A DNA stretch of 64,000 nucleotides from Octopus vulgaris (Eukaryota), in the NCBI GenBank assembly GCA_951406725.2, contig OX597816.1, positions 171,554,001-171,618,000 on the forward strand, in the 5' to 3' direction. The notes beneath the pieces were generated by a model, which was given only the letters and a program-made list of their open reading frames with translations, did not search any database and was not told where the DNA came from. Position 1 is the first letter of the stretch. Each line of letters begins with the position of its first letter. Both the position numbers and the translations under genes were made by a program. Shown piece by piece: positions 37,284-51,005 of the stretch.

Positions 37284-40200
37284 TACTTTATATATATTAT
37301 GTGGATTTTCTTAGAACGTACAGACACATGGCTAAATGCTAACAACTCATTTTGTACAACTTTCCATTGTGTCTGTCATTCCACTTCCTTTTGTTGTGAA
37401 ATTTCACAATTTTGTAGCAAAAAGGATGGCATAAAGTTGATTAAACTGAGCTTTACTCCTAGTAGTAATTATTTTATTATAGTAGTAATTATTATATTGA
37501 CTCCTTAAGTAGTAATTTAATTTAATTATTTTATTAACTCCTTAGTAGTAATTATTTTATGGGAGTTGAACTCAACATAAAAGAACATCATCATCATCAT
37601 CATCATCATTTAACATCCGTTTTCCGCGCTAGCATGGGTTGGACGGTTCGACCGGGGTCTGGGAAGCCAGAAGGCTGCACCAGGCCCAGTCTGATCTGGC
37701 AGTGTTTCTACAGCTGGATGCCCTTCCTAACGCCAACCACTCCGCGAGTGTAGTGGGTGCTTTTTACGTGTCACCGGCACAGGTGCCAGGGGAGGCTGGC
37801 ATCGGCCACGATCGGTTGGTGCTTTTAATATATTTCATCTGATCCCATGGCTTTTCTGTTTCTGATGTCACTCCTCTTTATTACCACTAAGTCTACTGTT
37901 ATTAAGATATAATAGATGAGTTGAGTTATATTTTTTTATATCAACCTCTAATATCTGAACATAAAAGTCAATCATTGAAACAGTCTTTAGTTTAGTTTGG
38001 CCATCCTTCTGGACGCTTCAGTGGTTTCACTCAAGCACACCATCCATCATGATCCCCGATGCATGTCCTTAATTCATCAACATTTGTCATTCCACTGTCC
38101 TGAAGCAAGTTGTCCACATAGGTTAGACGTTTTCTTCAGGGGGTTAATTTTTCCTTCAACTGACTGTCATAAGACGCAGGAGTGGCTGTGTGGTAAGTAG
38201 CTTGTTTACCAACCACATGGTTCCGGGTTCAGTCCCACAGCATGGCACCTTGGGCAAGTGATCTCTACTATAGCCTCGGGCCAACCAAAGCCTTGTGAGT
38301 GGATTTGGTAGAAGGAAACTGAAAGAAGCCCGTCATATATATGTATATATATGCATGTGTGTGTTTGTGTGTCTGTGTTTGTCCCCCTAGCATTGCTTGA
38401 CAACCGATGCTGGTGTGTTTATGTCCCCGTTACTTAGCTGTTCGGCGAAAGAGACTGATAGAATAAGTACTGGGCTTACAAAAGAATAAGTCCCGGGGTC
38501 GAGTTGCTCGATTAAAGGCGGTGCTCCAGCATGGCCGCAGTCAAAAGACGGAAACAAGAAAAAGAGTATAAGACCAGTTTACACAAGTTCTTCAGTGTGC
38601 TTGACACAATGGTCAGCAGTTCCCATTCTTCTCTGCTGAATCTTCTCAGTCGCTTTGGTTAGATCTTGATAAAGCTGATCGTTAGTTAAACGAGCTCTTT
38701 ATGTAACATTCAAAGCCATTCTTAACATTCTTGTGTAGCAGCCATCTATTTGTTGCACCCAAAGTTTTGAAAAGATGAAATCATGCTATACTTTGCAAAC
38801 AAATTGTTGAATGAGAACTTGAAGCCAAAGTAATTATCAGAGTTGGATCTGCTCCCTATTCCCAAATCAGATCCCACTATGCCAAGAACTATTGAGACAT
38901 TGCATTATCTTCAATAGTAGCCAAACTCATCAACAAAAGGATCCTTAACAGCCAAGCACTGATAAACATCTACGACAAAATCAGAACGGATTCCAAACTA
39001 GTAGATCCTCTGCAATGCACATTCTGACTCTGGGAAGCTTAACTGAAAGAGGTTAAAACACACAATAGGAAAACTGTCATCTTATATGTTGGTTAAAACA
39101 GATCTCACATTAATTCTTTTAACTTACTAATGCTATATAACTTGGGTGCCGATTACTTCAAGAGAGAGAGAGAGAGAGGGAGTGGGGAGAGAAAGGCAGA
39201 CAGAGATGACAAGATAGCCAGAGAGAATCTTCCTGCAAACTTTAATTAGGGTGATGGGGTTAGGGGGATCCTCATAACTCCATTTCACTCATTAGACGAT
39301 TCCATAATTATTTGCTGATGAGTTGGAGAAATAAGTTTAATTTTCTTTTAAATGGCATTGCTCACCTTTTAATTAATTGCTTATTCAAGTAAAACCGTCA
39401 TGAGAAATTTTTCTAAAAACGTGGTCATCCTGCTTGGAAACAAATGTTAAGCCGTTTTATTATTTTTTTCTATTGGTTTGGTTCATATGAAGGGACTGTA
39501 GTCACTGTCTTCACAGGGCTGTCGACAGATGAGTTAGTTTTTGGAAACAGTGGTGATGAGAGACCTGATCTTAGGATGATGGGAAAATCTAGACACAGGA
39601 TCAAAGGAATTTGAGATAAGAATTAATGATAAGCTATGCTGCTGACTAATTCAACTTAACCCATGACAGTATATAAAAATAAACAAAAAGGAGAAAACAG
39701 GGTTTAGTTGAATGAATTGACCCCATTACTAATGTTTCTGAAAGCTTGGTACTAATTCTATCGGTCTCTTTTGCTGAACCAATAAGTTACGGGGATGTAA
39801 ACACACCAACACTAGTTGATATATATGATGGGCTTCTTTCAGTTTCCATTTACCAAATCCGCTCATAAGGCTTTGTATGGCCTGAAGCTATAGTAGAAGA
39901 CACTTAGCCATGGTGCCACATAATGGGACTGAACCCAGAAAATGTGTTTGGGAAGCAAGCTTCTCACCACACAACCATTCCAGTGCCTATAACTGTCTTT
40001 TTTTTGTAAACCTTGAAATTATTTTACTTCACCCATTTTATTTGTTTACACCAGATAAGCCCTGGTCAAGCAGACATTTAGTCAATGGTTTGCAGATGTG
40101 ACCATCCCGTCTTTTTCAACATAGTTTATCACAAACTACATTTTCAAACATGTCCATTCCATTCATTTTCTGTTAGAAGAGCAGAATTTGAAATAAATTT

Positions 40201-41847
40201 TTGGCTGCGAGTCAAGTGACCATGTAGAGGCTCCATTGTTGAATCACTTCATATAGGTGTTTTATATGTCTCTGGGCATAAACTGTAATTAAGGCATGGT
40301 GGCCTTTCAAACTTTGTACATATAAGATAGCAGACTTAATGAAACAAAACTGAAACAGCGAAGGGTAAACAAATAGTCATTAATAAATGTATATGATGTA
40401 TTTCAAATTATATATTTATTTAGTAAGTTAGTAAAATGCAAGTGACTTATTTTGTATTATGTTTTAATTAGTTAGCTGAAATATAATAATGATGTTGGCT
40501 AGTATAATTATTGCTGATTAATGTTGACTATTAATGATCATTCGTTTATCTTTTTGCCATTTAATATGTATAAAGATCACCCATACCCCAGCTTATCAAG
40601 TATTTTGTTACTAGGTATAAGAAATTATGAGAAGGTTAACTAGATCCAAATTGTGTCATATCTAAGCGGAGATTTGTCTCTTATTTACAGAAAATTGAAA
40701 TGCACATCAACTTCATGAACCTCGAAAGTTTAGGCAAGACCCATAACGTCTCTGAACAACTGCCAAAAATTCTGTGTTTATTTTACTTTATTCCCCAGCC
40801 CATTTATTATAAACACTTTATACTGAGTCATTTGTTTAAATCAGTGCGCTTCCATTCAAGTCCCCCGAGGTGCCGCTAACGTTGCCTAATCACGTCAGAG
40901 TGTCAAATATAGAACACTAATCTATTCTAAACTTGAAGCAATGATTCGATAAAAAAATTAACTTCTTGAAGTTTCAGCGGTGATTCAAATAAAGTAATCA
41001 AGAAATTAAGATATATTACACCGTTATATATGTTTGTTGTTGTTTAACCACTGGGCTAACCCTTATTGAATAGATTTATCATCAAAGCAATGGTGGAGCA
41101 AAAGTTTGTGTTGCCTGAGGTGGTCCCTGAGTTTGCAACCCCCCACCCACCCACGAAAAGCACATTATGCATATTACAAGTGGTGGCAATAAATAAATAA
41201 ATACATAAAATAAAAAAAAAATGTTTTCTTTTAGCTAAGCTAGTAGAGTAAAGGTATTCCAGCCATAACCATTCCATCTGTATTCCATATGCAGAGAACC
41301 CATTAATTCAACGTGTCCCTTTCTAACTATAGGGGCAACTTAAGGGAGATTCAGTTGCTATTTCTAGCCTGTCGAGCAACTGTGTCGAAGCTCTCTCATT
41401 GGTCTGACCCTAGTAGAGTTACAAAAACTGCAGTCTGTGTTAGTAAAAGTTATAATGGAAGTAAAATCTTAAAATGTAAAATTCAAATATGATTAACAAA
41501 CCTATTTCATTTGATGTCGTTATCTTCTTGGTCTTCTGTTATGATTTCATTCATTTCAAGGTTCCTTTATAAAAATATTAAATTGAGCTTTGTTTTTGAC
41601 TAGTATTTTAGAGGTATTTGAACCATAATTTAATTATTTCTCATTTATCTAGAATTTTTGTAACACCATACATATATATATAGGCGCAGGAGTGGCTGTG
41701 TGGTAAGTAGCTTGCTAACCAACCACATGGTTCTGGGTTCAGTCCCACAGCGTGGCATCTTGGGCAAGTGTCTTCTGCTATAGACCCGGGCCGATCAATG
41801 CCTTGTGAGTGGATTTGGTAGACGGAAACTGAAAGAAGCCTGTCGGA

Positions 41848-41893
<46 letters not shown>

Positions 41894-42422
41894 TGTGTGT
41901 GTGTTTGTGTGTCTGTGTTTGTCCCCCTAGCATTGCTTGACAACCGATGCTGGTGTGTTTATGTCTCTGTTACTTAGCGGTTCGGCAAAAGAGACCGATA
42001 GAATAAGTACTGGGCTTACAAAAAGAATAAGTCCAGGGGTCGTGTTGCTCGATTAAAGGTGGTGCTCCAGCATGGCCGCAGTCAAATGACTGAAACAAGT
42101 AAAAGAGTAAAAGAGAATATACATTAGGCTTATGACTTTTTCACAACCTAATAACCCTATACTGTAATTTGATGAATAATTTCATGAAAGTGAGAAAACT
42201 AATATTTATTTTGCTTTACTGGCAAAAAATGTCACCCCCCCCCACAAAACTTAAGAAATCTAACACCAGTTTTGACCAAATCCTGCAAAATTCTAGTGGG
42301 GTCCATAATGCCTGCTCAAATTTTTACCAAACTTGGTGTGCTGATTCAATGCAATGCAGAAATAGTATATCTGAAACTTCAGCTTTCTAGTTGAAGTAGT
42401 TTCAGAGTTATAGGCTCTTTAA

Positions 42423-42643
42423 CCCTTTCGTTACTGTATTTATTTTGAGATGTTCTGTGTTTCTTTCAATTACTTTAAATATAACAAAGAATTTAGTAAA
42501 ATAACTTAGTTATCATTCAGCTAGTGTTAGGAACATAAATTGTGACTAAGGTTTGGTGGAAGATTTTAATTGAAACCTTAAGAAAACAAGACATTTGTAC
42601 AACAGAGCCAGAGCTGGTTTCAGCCGGGTTGGTAACAAAAGGG
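42423..42643. mobile_element. piggyBac-like MITE nested in the hAT element
   Basis: TTAA|CCCTTTCGTTAC ... GTAACAAAAGGG|TTAA. Confidence 0.82.
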
Positions 42644-43782
42644 TTAAACTATAATTACTAGATGGCACTGGATTCACACTTTAGTATTTCTGCTGCCTAA
42701 ATCCTTGTAAACGCAAGAGAGATGCGGAATAAAAGTGTATTTATACATTTTTAAGATTACTGAACTGATATTGCTCTATGCAAAGTTTCAAAACTAGACT
42801 ATTTTAAGAGACCACTAAAAACATTTGATAACATATAAAATTAAAAGCAATACATATTTTAAACTTTATAGGTTTAATTCCACTTTTAAATCACTGTATA
42901 AGAAAAAGGGTGCTGAATGTTACTAAATTTTTAAACATAACAAAGAATTAATTTGTTTTGTTAGATAAAATAAACCAAAGCTGAAGTTTCTCCTTCTTTT
43001 TATGAACATCATAAATATCTTGAAGGCATTTGATTATCCATTCTGGACTCTGATTTGTTCTGGGAATTTTCAGATTTGATGGTTCTTGACTCCAAAAGTT
43101 TTTTTTGCAGAGTTCAATGTTTTTTATGAACTTGCAGGCTACTACATAACTTCTGATAATCATATCCATTGATCATTTGGTTAGTTAACCAAAAATCTGC
43201 CCAGCTGAGAGATGAATCGACAAACATTGAGAAGCAAAACTCTTTTCTCTGGTAGAAGAATAAATGCCAAAAGAGCCAGTATTGCTCAAGAATTCCATCT
43301 TGCATGACTTAAGTTGGGTATTTTTTGAAATTTTACAGTAAGAAATTTGCCAGTTTCTTCAAAGAAATGAAAATTTCTAGTCAAATGAAATAGAAATTTC
43401 ATGTCATCTTGCCATCCTGCTGATTCAGTAATCTTTTCTTCACCATTGTTGAAATTAGCCTGGAGTTTCTTGTAATATTCAATATTGGGAGTTGACTTTT
43501 TTCTTCAAGTTCGTTTTCCATCACAACATGAAGGATATCAAGGATATGATACTGACAGCCAATAAACTGCAGCTCTTTCAAACCCTTTTGAGCAAACTGA
43601 ATGACAATGCTATTTCTTTTCCTAGTGTTCACACTTGTTGTATCAGCAACATCTAAAGCAGTTGTTATTCCCTTCACAACAGTATCAGCTTTTCCTTTTG
43701 GTAATTGGAGTGATTCTGAATTAACTTCTCCCTGTTCATTCTTTAAAACTAGCACTTGGTGTTCTTGGTCATCTTGGTCATC

Positions 43783-44377
43783 AAACACCACGATGTTGAC
43801 TGGATGTTTGATTTTTATCACTCTCAGTACATGTTCACAGATTGCCATCCAAACATGTTCATAGAGGAGCTTCCGGCACGAATGCCAAGCAATACAGCAT
43901 GTCATTTCCAAATTTCTGACAGAGTGAATTGCGTCATGGTATTGTTTTTCTCACAGACGGTGTCCAACTGACCCTACGGTATTGTGTAGTCGACAAAATC
44001 AAAAACAAATCATGCACGAAATTAAAAGTGTAAGTTATGCAAAAATGAAAATAACACAGACATCTAATTTTAACAGATATAATTACCAAAATTACATAAA
44101 AATATCTTGAAATACTAAAGAGTAAATTTATCCAATAAAATCGCCATTGGCTTCAGCCATAAACTGCAGACGACTTTGGAATCTCCTGCAACTCTTCTGG
44201 ATAGTCTCCTTGTTTAAGTTGGTGAAAGCTGCCATAATCCTTGCCGTCAGTTCATCTTTGGTGTTACAAGGAGTTTTGTTGGTCTCTTGCTCAGCTGTGC
44301 TCCACACATAATAATCAAGGGGGTTGCAGTCTGGGGAGTTAGGTGACCAGATGTTAGGGGTGATGTGGTTGCAGAAA
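43783..44377 (-). mobile_element. Permuted, TIR-less copy of the Tc1/mariner element at 48176-49026
   Basis: 43783-44033 matches ~48747-48997; 44031-44377 matches ~48202-48546. Confidence 0.8.
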
Positions 44378-44780
44378 ATCTGGATGTTTACCATCAAAAT
44401 GCAATGACCAGTTTTCCTAATGTAGTGTTTTCATCATTTCCTTTTGTAGTTTAACAGATTCTTTGATAGTCAATCTGTAATTATCAGATTGGGAAGGAGT
44501 CTCGGCATTGATTCCATCTTGAGATAATTGTCAACAAACTTTCTGGGTTGATTGCTTGGAAGGTATTATTAACTTGGTTGCAGTTCCAGTTTTGCTATAC
44601 TTCCTCCTTGTTTGTGTTGATTCTTTATCTGATGTTAACAGTGATACTGTAGTTGCTCTGGCTGAAGTTGGCATTAAGGACACTTTTCTTCTTTTGGATG
44701 GATGGATTGTTTTGGAACTGGCTGCCTTTCCAGTTGCATATACAAACTGTCCCTTGCTTTCAATTTGAAGATAATATAAC

Positions 44781-45200
44781 TGTAACAGGATCTGGAATCG
44801 GTATCACTGGAGGGGTGTCCGATCCAATCCCGTCACATACAATTTAGTTAGATATAACAGACGAAGTCAGGTTATCTGGGAAAGACAGCAAATGTTGTTT
44901 ATTACTCGTGATGGTGTACGTATTTTCTGAGGGGAAACGACAGCCGAATCTTTGTACTGCTTCTTGTTGGTTGATTGAAGTGATTCGATGTGGTCCATTG
45001 CTAAGTCGGTGCGTAGTCCTCAGAGACTGCCAATACACGTCTGTTCATGAGGGCTGCTAGGGCCAGAGAGGCTGAGTGAGTGGACCGTGTTTTAGGGGTC
45101 AGTTTCCCGCACATGCGCATGGGGAAGACTTCCGGTTGCCACCCGGAAGTAACCCCATTCTACACATGCGCGCTGAACCTTACACAGCAGCATCACTACA
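44781..45200 (-). mobile_element. Solo LTR (Gypsy-like)
   Basis: TGTAAC...CACTACA termini, 4-bp TSD TAAC; removal restores the hAT frame EDRRL-YYLQIESKG. Confidence 0.8.
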
Positions 45201-46599
45201 TAACCTTCTGTCCTCACTGTACAGCCATTCACCGTTTTCCTTTGTGATGTCAAAAGTTCCTTTCAATGAATCATATTTTCCTTGTTTTACACATTTATCG
45301 TAGGTATTCAGCACTTTTTCTACTTTGGCTTGTACATTTTGAATTGATAGATATGAGAAATTTAATTTCTTTTGCCATAAAAAAGTTACTTCTTTCGAAA
45401 TTTCCTTTGTTTTCCCTTTCCTTCCTTTGATGGTACCTCCAAGGAACAAGTAGCGACCGACAATTTGAAGTTTTATTGGTATCCTGCAGTTGTTTTCCAA
45501 AGAATGCTCTTCCAGAGGAACAGGTCTTCTTTTCCTATGTGAGTCTTGAAATTCCATGAGATTCTTCGTCCAGATTTTTTTGTTTCTTTGAGTGACACAA
45601 GCACTTCTCTTATGAGACATTATTTTAGATACTCCAGTTGGATAAGCCTACTATTCTGAAAAACAGTTAATATAGTCAGAGTTTATAGCATCACAGAAAT
45701 AAAAAGGAGACGAAGAGGATATTTCCTAAAGTAGGGCCTAAGTGGTAACAAATTACAAACTCTATAACTCCTAAACTACTTAAACTTGAAAGCTGAAATT
45801 GGAGATATACTGCTTCTGCATCGCATTAAGTCAGCAGACCAAGTTTGGTAAAAACTTCAGTAGGCATTATGAACCCCACTAGAATTTTGCATGATTTGGG
45901 GCAAAAAGATTTCTTCAGTTGGGGTGAGGTTTTTTTAAAAAATCGGAAAATAAAGGTTATTTTTCCTACTTATATGAAATTGTTCATTGACTTTTGATAC
46001 AGGAAATTATTTACTTTCAAAAAATCTAAAAGTCATAACCCTAATACACATAAATATTATATACCTGTATGCATATAGAGTGGAAAGTTAAGATAAACAT
46101 CAGTATAAATATTTAGTTTCTACATATGTTTCGCCATAACAGTTATTTAGAGATTAGCACTGGATGTTCCAAGAGCATTTGGATGCCTAACCACAATGGA
46201 TCATCAGGGAAACACTATATTGTATTCTGTTACAGAGTGTTAATATTTATGCTGGTGTTTAGTTTAATTTTCCCCTACATCATCATCATCGTTCAACGTC
46301 CGTTTTCCATGCTGACATGGGTTGGACAGTTTGACTGAAGTCTTGAAAGCCAGCGGCTCTACAAGGCTCCAATCTGACCTGGCAATGTTTTTACAGCTAG
46401 ATGCCCTTCTTAACACCAATCACTCCGAGAGTGTAGTGAGTGCTTTTTACATGCCACTGGCACAGGAGCCAGTCAGGTGGCCCTGGCGTCGATCGCGTTT
46501 GGATAGTGCTTTTTATGTGCCACCGGCATAGGAGCCAATCAGGGGACACTAGCATCAGCCACGTTCGGATGGTACTTTTTACATGCCACTGGCTTGGGA

Positions 46600-47430
46600 G
46601 CCAGTCAAGGGGCACTGGCTACAGCTATGATTTTGGCTTTACTTGACTCAGCAGGTCTTCTCAAGCATGTCATATCGCCCAATGCACCAAGGGTACTTTT
46701 AAATGGGCTGCACATGCAACACTGGTATCGGCCATGGCTGCATTCTCACTTTAGTTGCAGGGTCTCCTCAATCACAGCATATCCCCAAAGGTCTCAGTCT
46801 CCTGTCATTGCCTCTGTGAAGCTGAATGTTCAAAGGTCATGCTTCACCACCTCATCCCATGTCTTCCTGGGTCTACCTCTTCCACAGTTATAGTGTGGCA
46901 CTTCCTTACACAGCTGTCCTCATCTATATGTAGCACATGATCATATCAGCACAGTAGCCTCTCTTGCACACCACATTTGATGCTTCTTATGTCCAACATT
47001 TCTCTCAGGGCACTCACACTCTGTCATGTATGCACACTGACATTACACATCCAGTGGAGCATACTAGCTTCATTTCTCTCAAGCCTATGCATGTCCCCTG
47101 CAGTCATGGTCCATGTTTTACTGCTGTGTAGCATGGCAGTTCGCACACATGCATCATACAGTCTACCTTTCATCCTAAGCGAGAGGCCCTAAGTTGCCAG
47201 CAGAGGTAGCAGCTCCCTGAATTTTGCCCAGGCTATTCTTATACTAGCTGCTACACCCTCAGAGCAACCACCCCCACTACAGACTTGATCACCTAGGTAG
47301 CAGAAGTGATCAACTACTTCTAGTTTCTCATCCTGGCATGTGATGGAATCTGTTTTCTGAACATCTTCAGTGTTTATCGCCCATGTGCATCTGCTACGCA
47401 CAAGTACTGTCTTCCCAGTTAGCCTTCCTT
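46600..47430 (-). mobile_element. Degenerate RTE LINE 3' portion
   Basis: LEVVDHFCYLGDQVCSGGGC...IAWAKFRELLPLL motif. Confidence 0.75.
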
Positions 47431-48175
47431 AACATGTTTTGTATATCACGACTAGTAACACTGCTAGGTACAGTGGTTGACCAACCACTGTACTGGAAGC
47501 TGACTGGATAAAAAGCCATGTGTAGCGCTAACTCATATATTGTAGTAAGTCATCCATCTAACACTACATGCAAGTTATGTGTGTGTGTGTATGACAGGTT
47601 TCTTTCTTTTTCCATCAACTAAATGCTCCCAGAGGGCTTTGGGCAGCCTGAGGCAATAGTAGAAAATACTTCTTCAAGGGGCTGCGCATGCCAGACAGAA
47701 CCCATGTAACAAAATGAAAAGTAAAAATTTATACATCAGCTAAACACTAAAAGAGATCTCATTACCTGTGCTCGTGTTCAGCAGAATTGTTTATATTGTT
47801 TTCTTCATATGTGAAATAATTGTATCTAATTGTCTAATCAATAATATTGAATCTAATGAATGAATTTAGCATATTTTTGAGAATGAATTGCTGAAATTGC
47901 TATGCAGAATAACTGTAGTGGTTTAATAAGACTGAAACATGTCTAGAGTTATTACCCGTATTTGCCAAGGTAATTAAAATAACATTAACTATTGACTAAT
48001 ATTTTGTTTTTCACTGTACTGCTATTTCTAATACTTTTTTTAAAAATGTGTTTACTGTATTAAAAAAAGCAGTACCAACTTGACTCTTGCTTCGGGCTGA
48101 CCAAAGCCTTGTGGGTAGATTTGGTAGACGGAAACTAAAAGAAGCCCATCGTACATACATACATATATACATATA

Positions 48176-49026
48176 CAGGGTGCAGTCAATAAATTGTCAT
48201 CTAAGTTATGCAAAAATGAAAATAACAGACATCTAATTTTAACAGATATAATTACCAAAATTACATAAAAATATCTTGAAATACTAAAGAGTAAATCTAT
48301 CCAATAAAATCACCATTGGCTTCAGCCATAAACTGCAGACGACTTTGGAATCTCCTGCAACTCTTCTGGATGGTCTCCTTGTTTAAGTTGGTGAATGCTG
48401 CCATAATCCCAACTTCAGTTCAACTTTGGTGTTACAAGGAGTTTTGTTGGTCTCTTGCTCAGCTGTACTCCACACATAATAATCAAGGGGGTTGCAGTCT
48501 GGGGAGTTAGGTGACCAGATGTTAGGGATAATGTGGTCGCAGAAATTGTCTGACAGCCACGACTGGTTTCTCCTTGTAGCATGGTGCGGAGTCCTGTTGT
48601 CAGACATAGGGTCTTCCAGCAGCCACCCACTTGTCCCAGGGCAGCACTACCTCCTCCAGGCACTTGATGTAGGCCTCCTTGTAGAGTCTGAAGCCGTGTC
48701 GGAAGAAAAATGGAGGCATAACCTCCCCATCACTAGTGATCACTTCAAACACCATGATGTTGACTGGATGTTTGATTTTTATCACTCTCGGTACATGTTC
48801 ACAGATTGCCATCCAAACATGTTTGTAGAGGAGCTTCCGACACGAATACCCAGCAATACAGCATGTCGTTTCCAAATTTCTGAAAGAGTGAATTGCGTCA
48901 TGGTGTTGTTTTTCTCACAGACAGTGCCCAACTGACCCTACGGTATTGTGTAATCAACAAAATCAAAAACAAATCATGCGCAAAATTAAAAATATAAAAT
49001 GGCGACAATTTATCCAATGCACCCTG
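48176..49026 (-). mobile_element. Internally deleted Tc1/mariner element (DD37D/maT-like)
   Basis: TA|CAGGGTGCA..ATAAATTGTC TIRs; remnants KHPVNIMVF, QQDSAP, WSPNSPDCNPLDYYVW; inserted in the TA tract of a SINE A. Confidence 0.85.
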
Positions 49027-49032
49027 TATACA

Positions 49033-49161
49033 ATGTATGTATGTATGTATGTATGTATGTATGTATGTATATATATATATGTATGTATGTGTGTATGTAT
49101 GTATGTATGTATGTATGTATGTGAATATGTATGTATGTATGTATGTATGCATGTATGTATG

Positions 49162-49195
<34 letters not shown>

Positions 49196-49369
49196 TGTGA
49201 ATATGTATGTATGTGTATGTATGTATGTATGTATGTATGTATGTATGTATGTATGTATGTATGTATGTATGTATGTATGTATATATGTATGTATGTATGT
49301 ATATATGTATGTATGTGTATGTGTGTATGTATGTATGTATGTATGTATGTATGTATGTATGTATGTATG

Positions 49370-49403
<34 letters not shown>

Positions 49404-49597
49404 TGTGAATATGTATGTATGTGTATGCATGTATGTATGTATATATGTATGTATATATGTATGTATGTATATGTATGTATGTATGTATGTATGTATATAT
49501 GTATGTATGTATGTATATATGTATGTATGTGTGTATGTATGTATGTATGTATGTATGTATGTATGTATGTATGTATGTATGTATGTATGAATGTATG

Positions 49598-49631
<34 letters not shown>

Positions 49632-49667
49632 TGTGAATATGTATGTATGTGTATGCATGTATGTATG

Positions 49668-49701
<34 letters not shown>

Positions 49702-49841
49702 TGTATGTATGTATGTATGTATGTATATGTATGTATGTATGTATATATGTATGTATGTGTGTATGTGTGTATGTATGTATGTATGTATGTATGTATGTAT
49801 GTATGTATGTATGTATGTATGTATGTATGTATGTATGTATG
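49033..49841. repeat. Imperfect (TATG)n microsatellite, ~800 bp
   Basis: direct inspection. Confidence 0.97.
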
Positions 49842-50567
49842 TTTATGTGTGTCATTGCGTTTGTGCTACAAACACAATGTCCCCCACCACACCGCTTAAC
49901 AACCGGTGTGAGTTTGTTTACATCTCCGTATCAAGCAATTCGGTAAAAGAGACCAACCAAGAGAATAAACAGCAGACTTAAAAGTTTTTTTACTGGAGTC
50001 AATTTTGCTCGACTAAACACTTCAAGGCGGTGATGCCCTCAGCATGCTCGCATTTCCCAGTCACCGAAACAAAGTTGAGATAAAAGACAACCACTTTGAC
50101 AGCTTATTTTATTTAGCGTTCAGTGAATTTGATAGCAGAAACATCCACAGTTTGAACCTACGCTAATTCTCTCCTTGAAACAATATCTAACTAAATACTA
50201 TTGAAATGAGTGGGAAGGAAATGGCATTTCCAGTTTGTCACGATCCTGCAAGTTGTCCATTCACGTGATTTGAGTTAGCTCATTCACTTCTTGAAAAATA
50301 TGAAAGTGAATCATATGATGATATGTATCAGGATGTATAAAAGAAAAAAAGAGAAAATAAAAGCAAATGAAAGAGGAAGGAAACAGAAAGAAATAGAGAA
50401 ATAAGAATTTTGAACTGAGTAGGAAAAGTTAATTTAATGAAAATATAAACATTTGAACGTTTGAAAATATAATTTACTGTCTGCTTGACATAAATTTGTG
50501 AACGTGTGTGTGTGTGTGTGTGTGTGTAAAAATTAATGACGAGAGAAGGAATTGTAAAAAAATTGCT

Positions 50568-50568
50568 T

Positions 50569-50645
<77 letters not shown>

Positions 50646-50681
50646 CATATATATATATTTACATATATATATATATATATT

Positions 50682-50766
<85 letters not shown>

Positions 50767-50852
50767 ATATATATACACACAAATATGTATGTATTTATCT
50801 ATCTATCTATCCATCTATCTAACCATCTATCTATCAATCTATCTATCTAACC

Positions 50853-50911
<59 letters not shown>

Positions 50912-51005
50912 ATACGTACGTACGTACATACATACATACATACATACATACATACATACATACATACATACACACATACATACATACATACATACATGCA
51001 TACAT
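50568..51005. repeat. Compound microsatellite (TG)n(TA)n-(CTAT)n-(CATA)n
   Basis: direct inspection. Confidence 0.95.

Larger units (their letters stand above)
42125..46043 (-). mobile_element. Decayed hAT-superfamily (hATm-like) transposon with long imperfect TIRs and three nested insertions
   Basis: TAGG(C/G)TTATGACTTTT termini, ~300-bp subterminal inverted similarity, 8-bp TSD atatacat/atacacat; minus-strand remnants WSLHFDGK, DTTSVNT, FIGCQYHILD. Confidence 0.8.

Noticed and set aside
40840-40910. Small CpG-containing patch with TGACGTGA (CRE-like) motif
   Set aside because: No associated exon or ORF; too short to call a promoter
47766-47823. Possible minus-strand exon (YNYFTYEENNINNSAEHEH, CAG|GTAATG donor)
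   Set aside because: Weak acceptor, no partner exons or homology recognised
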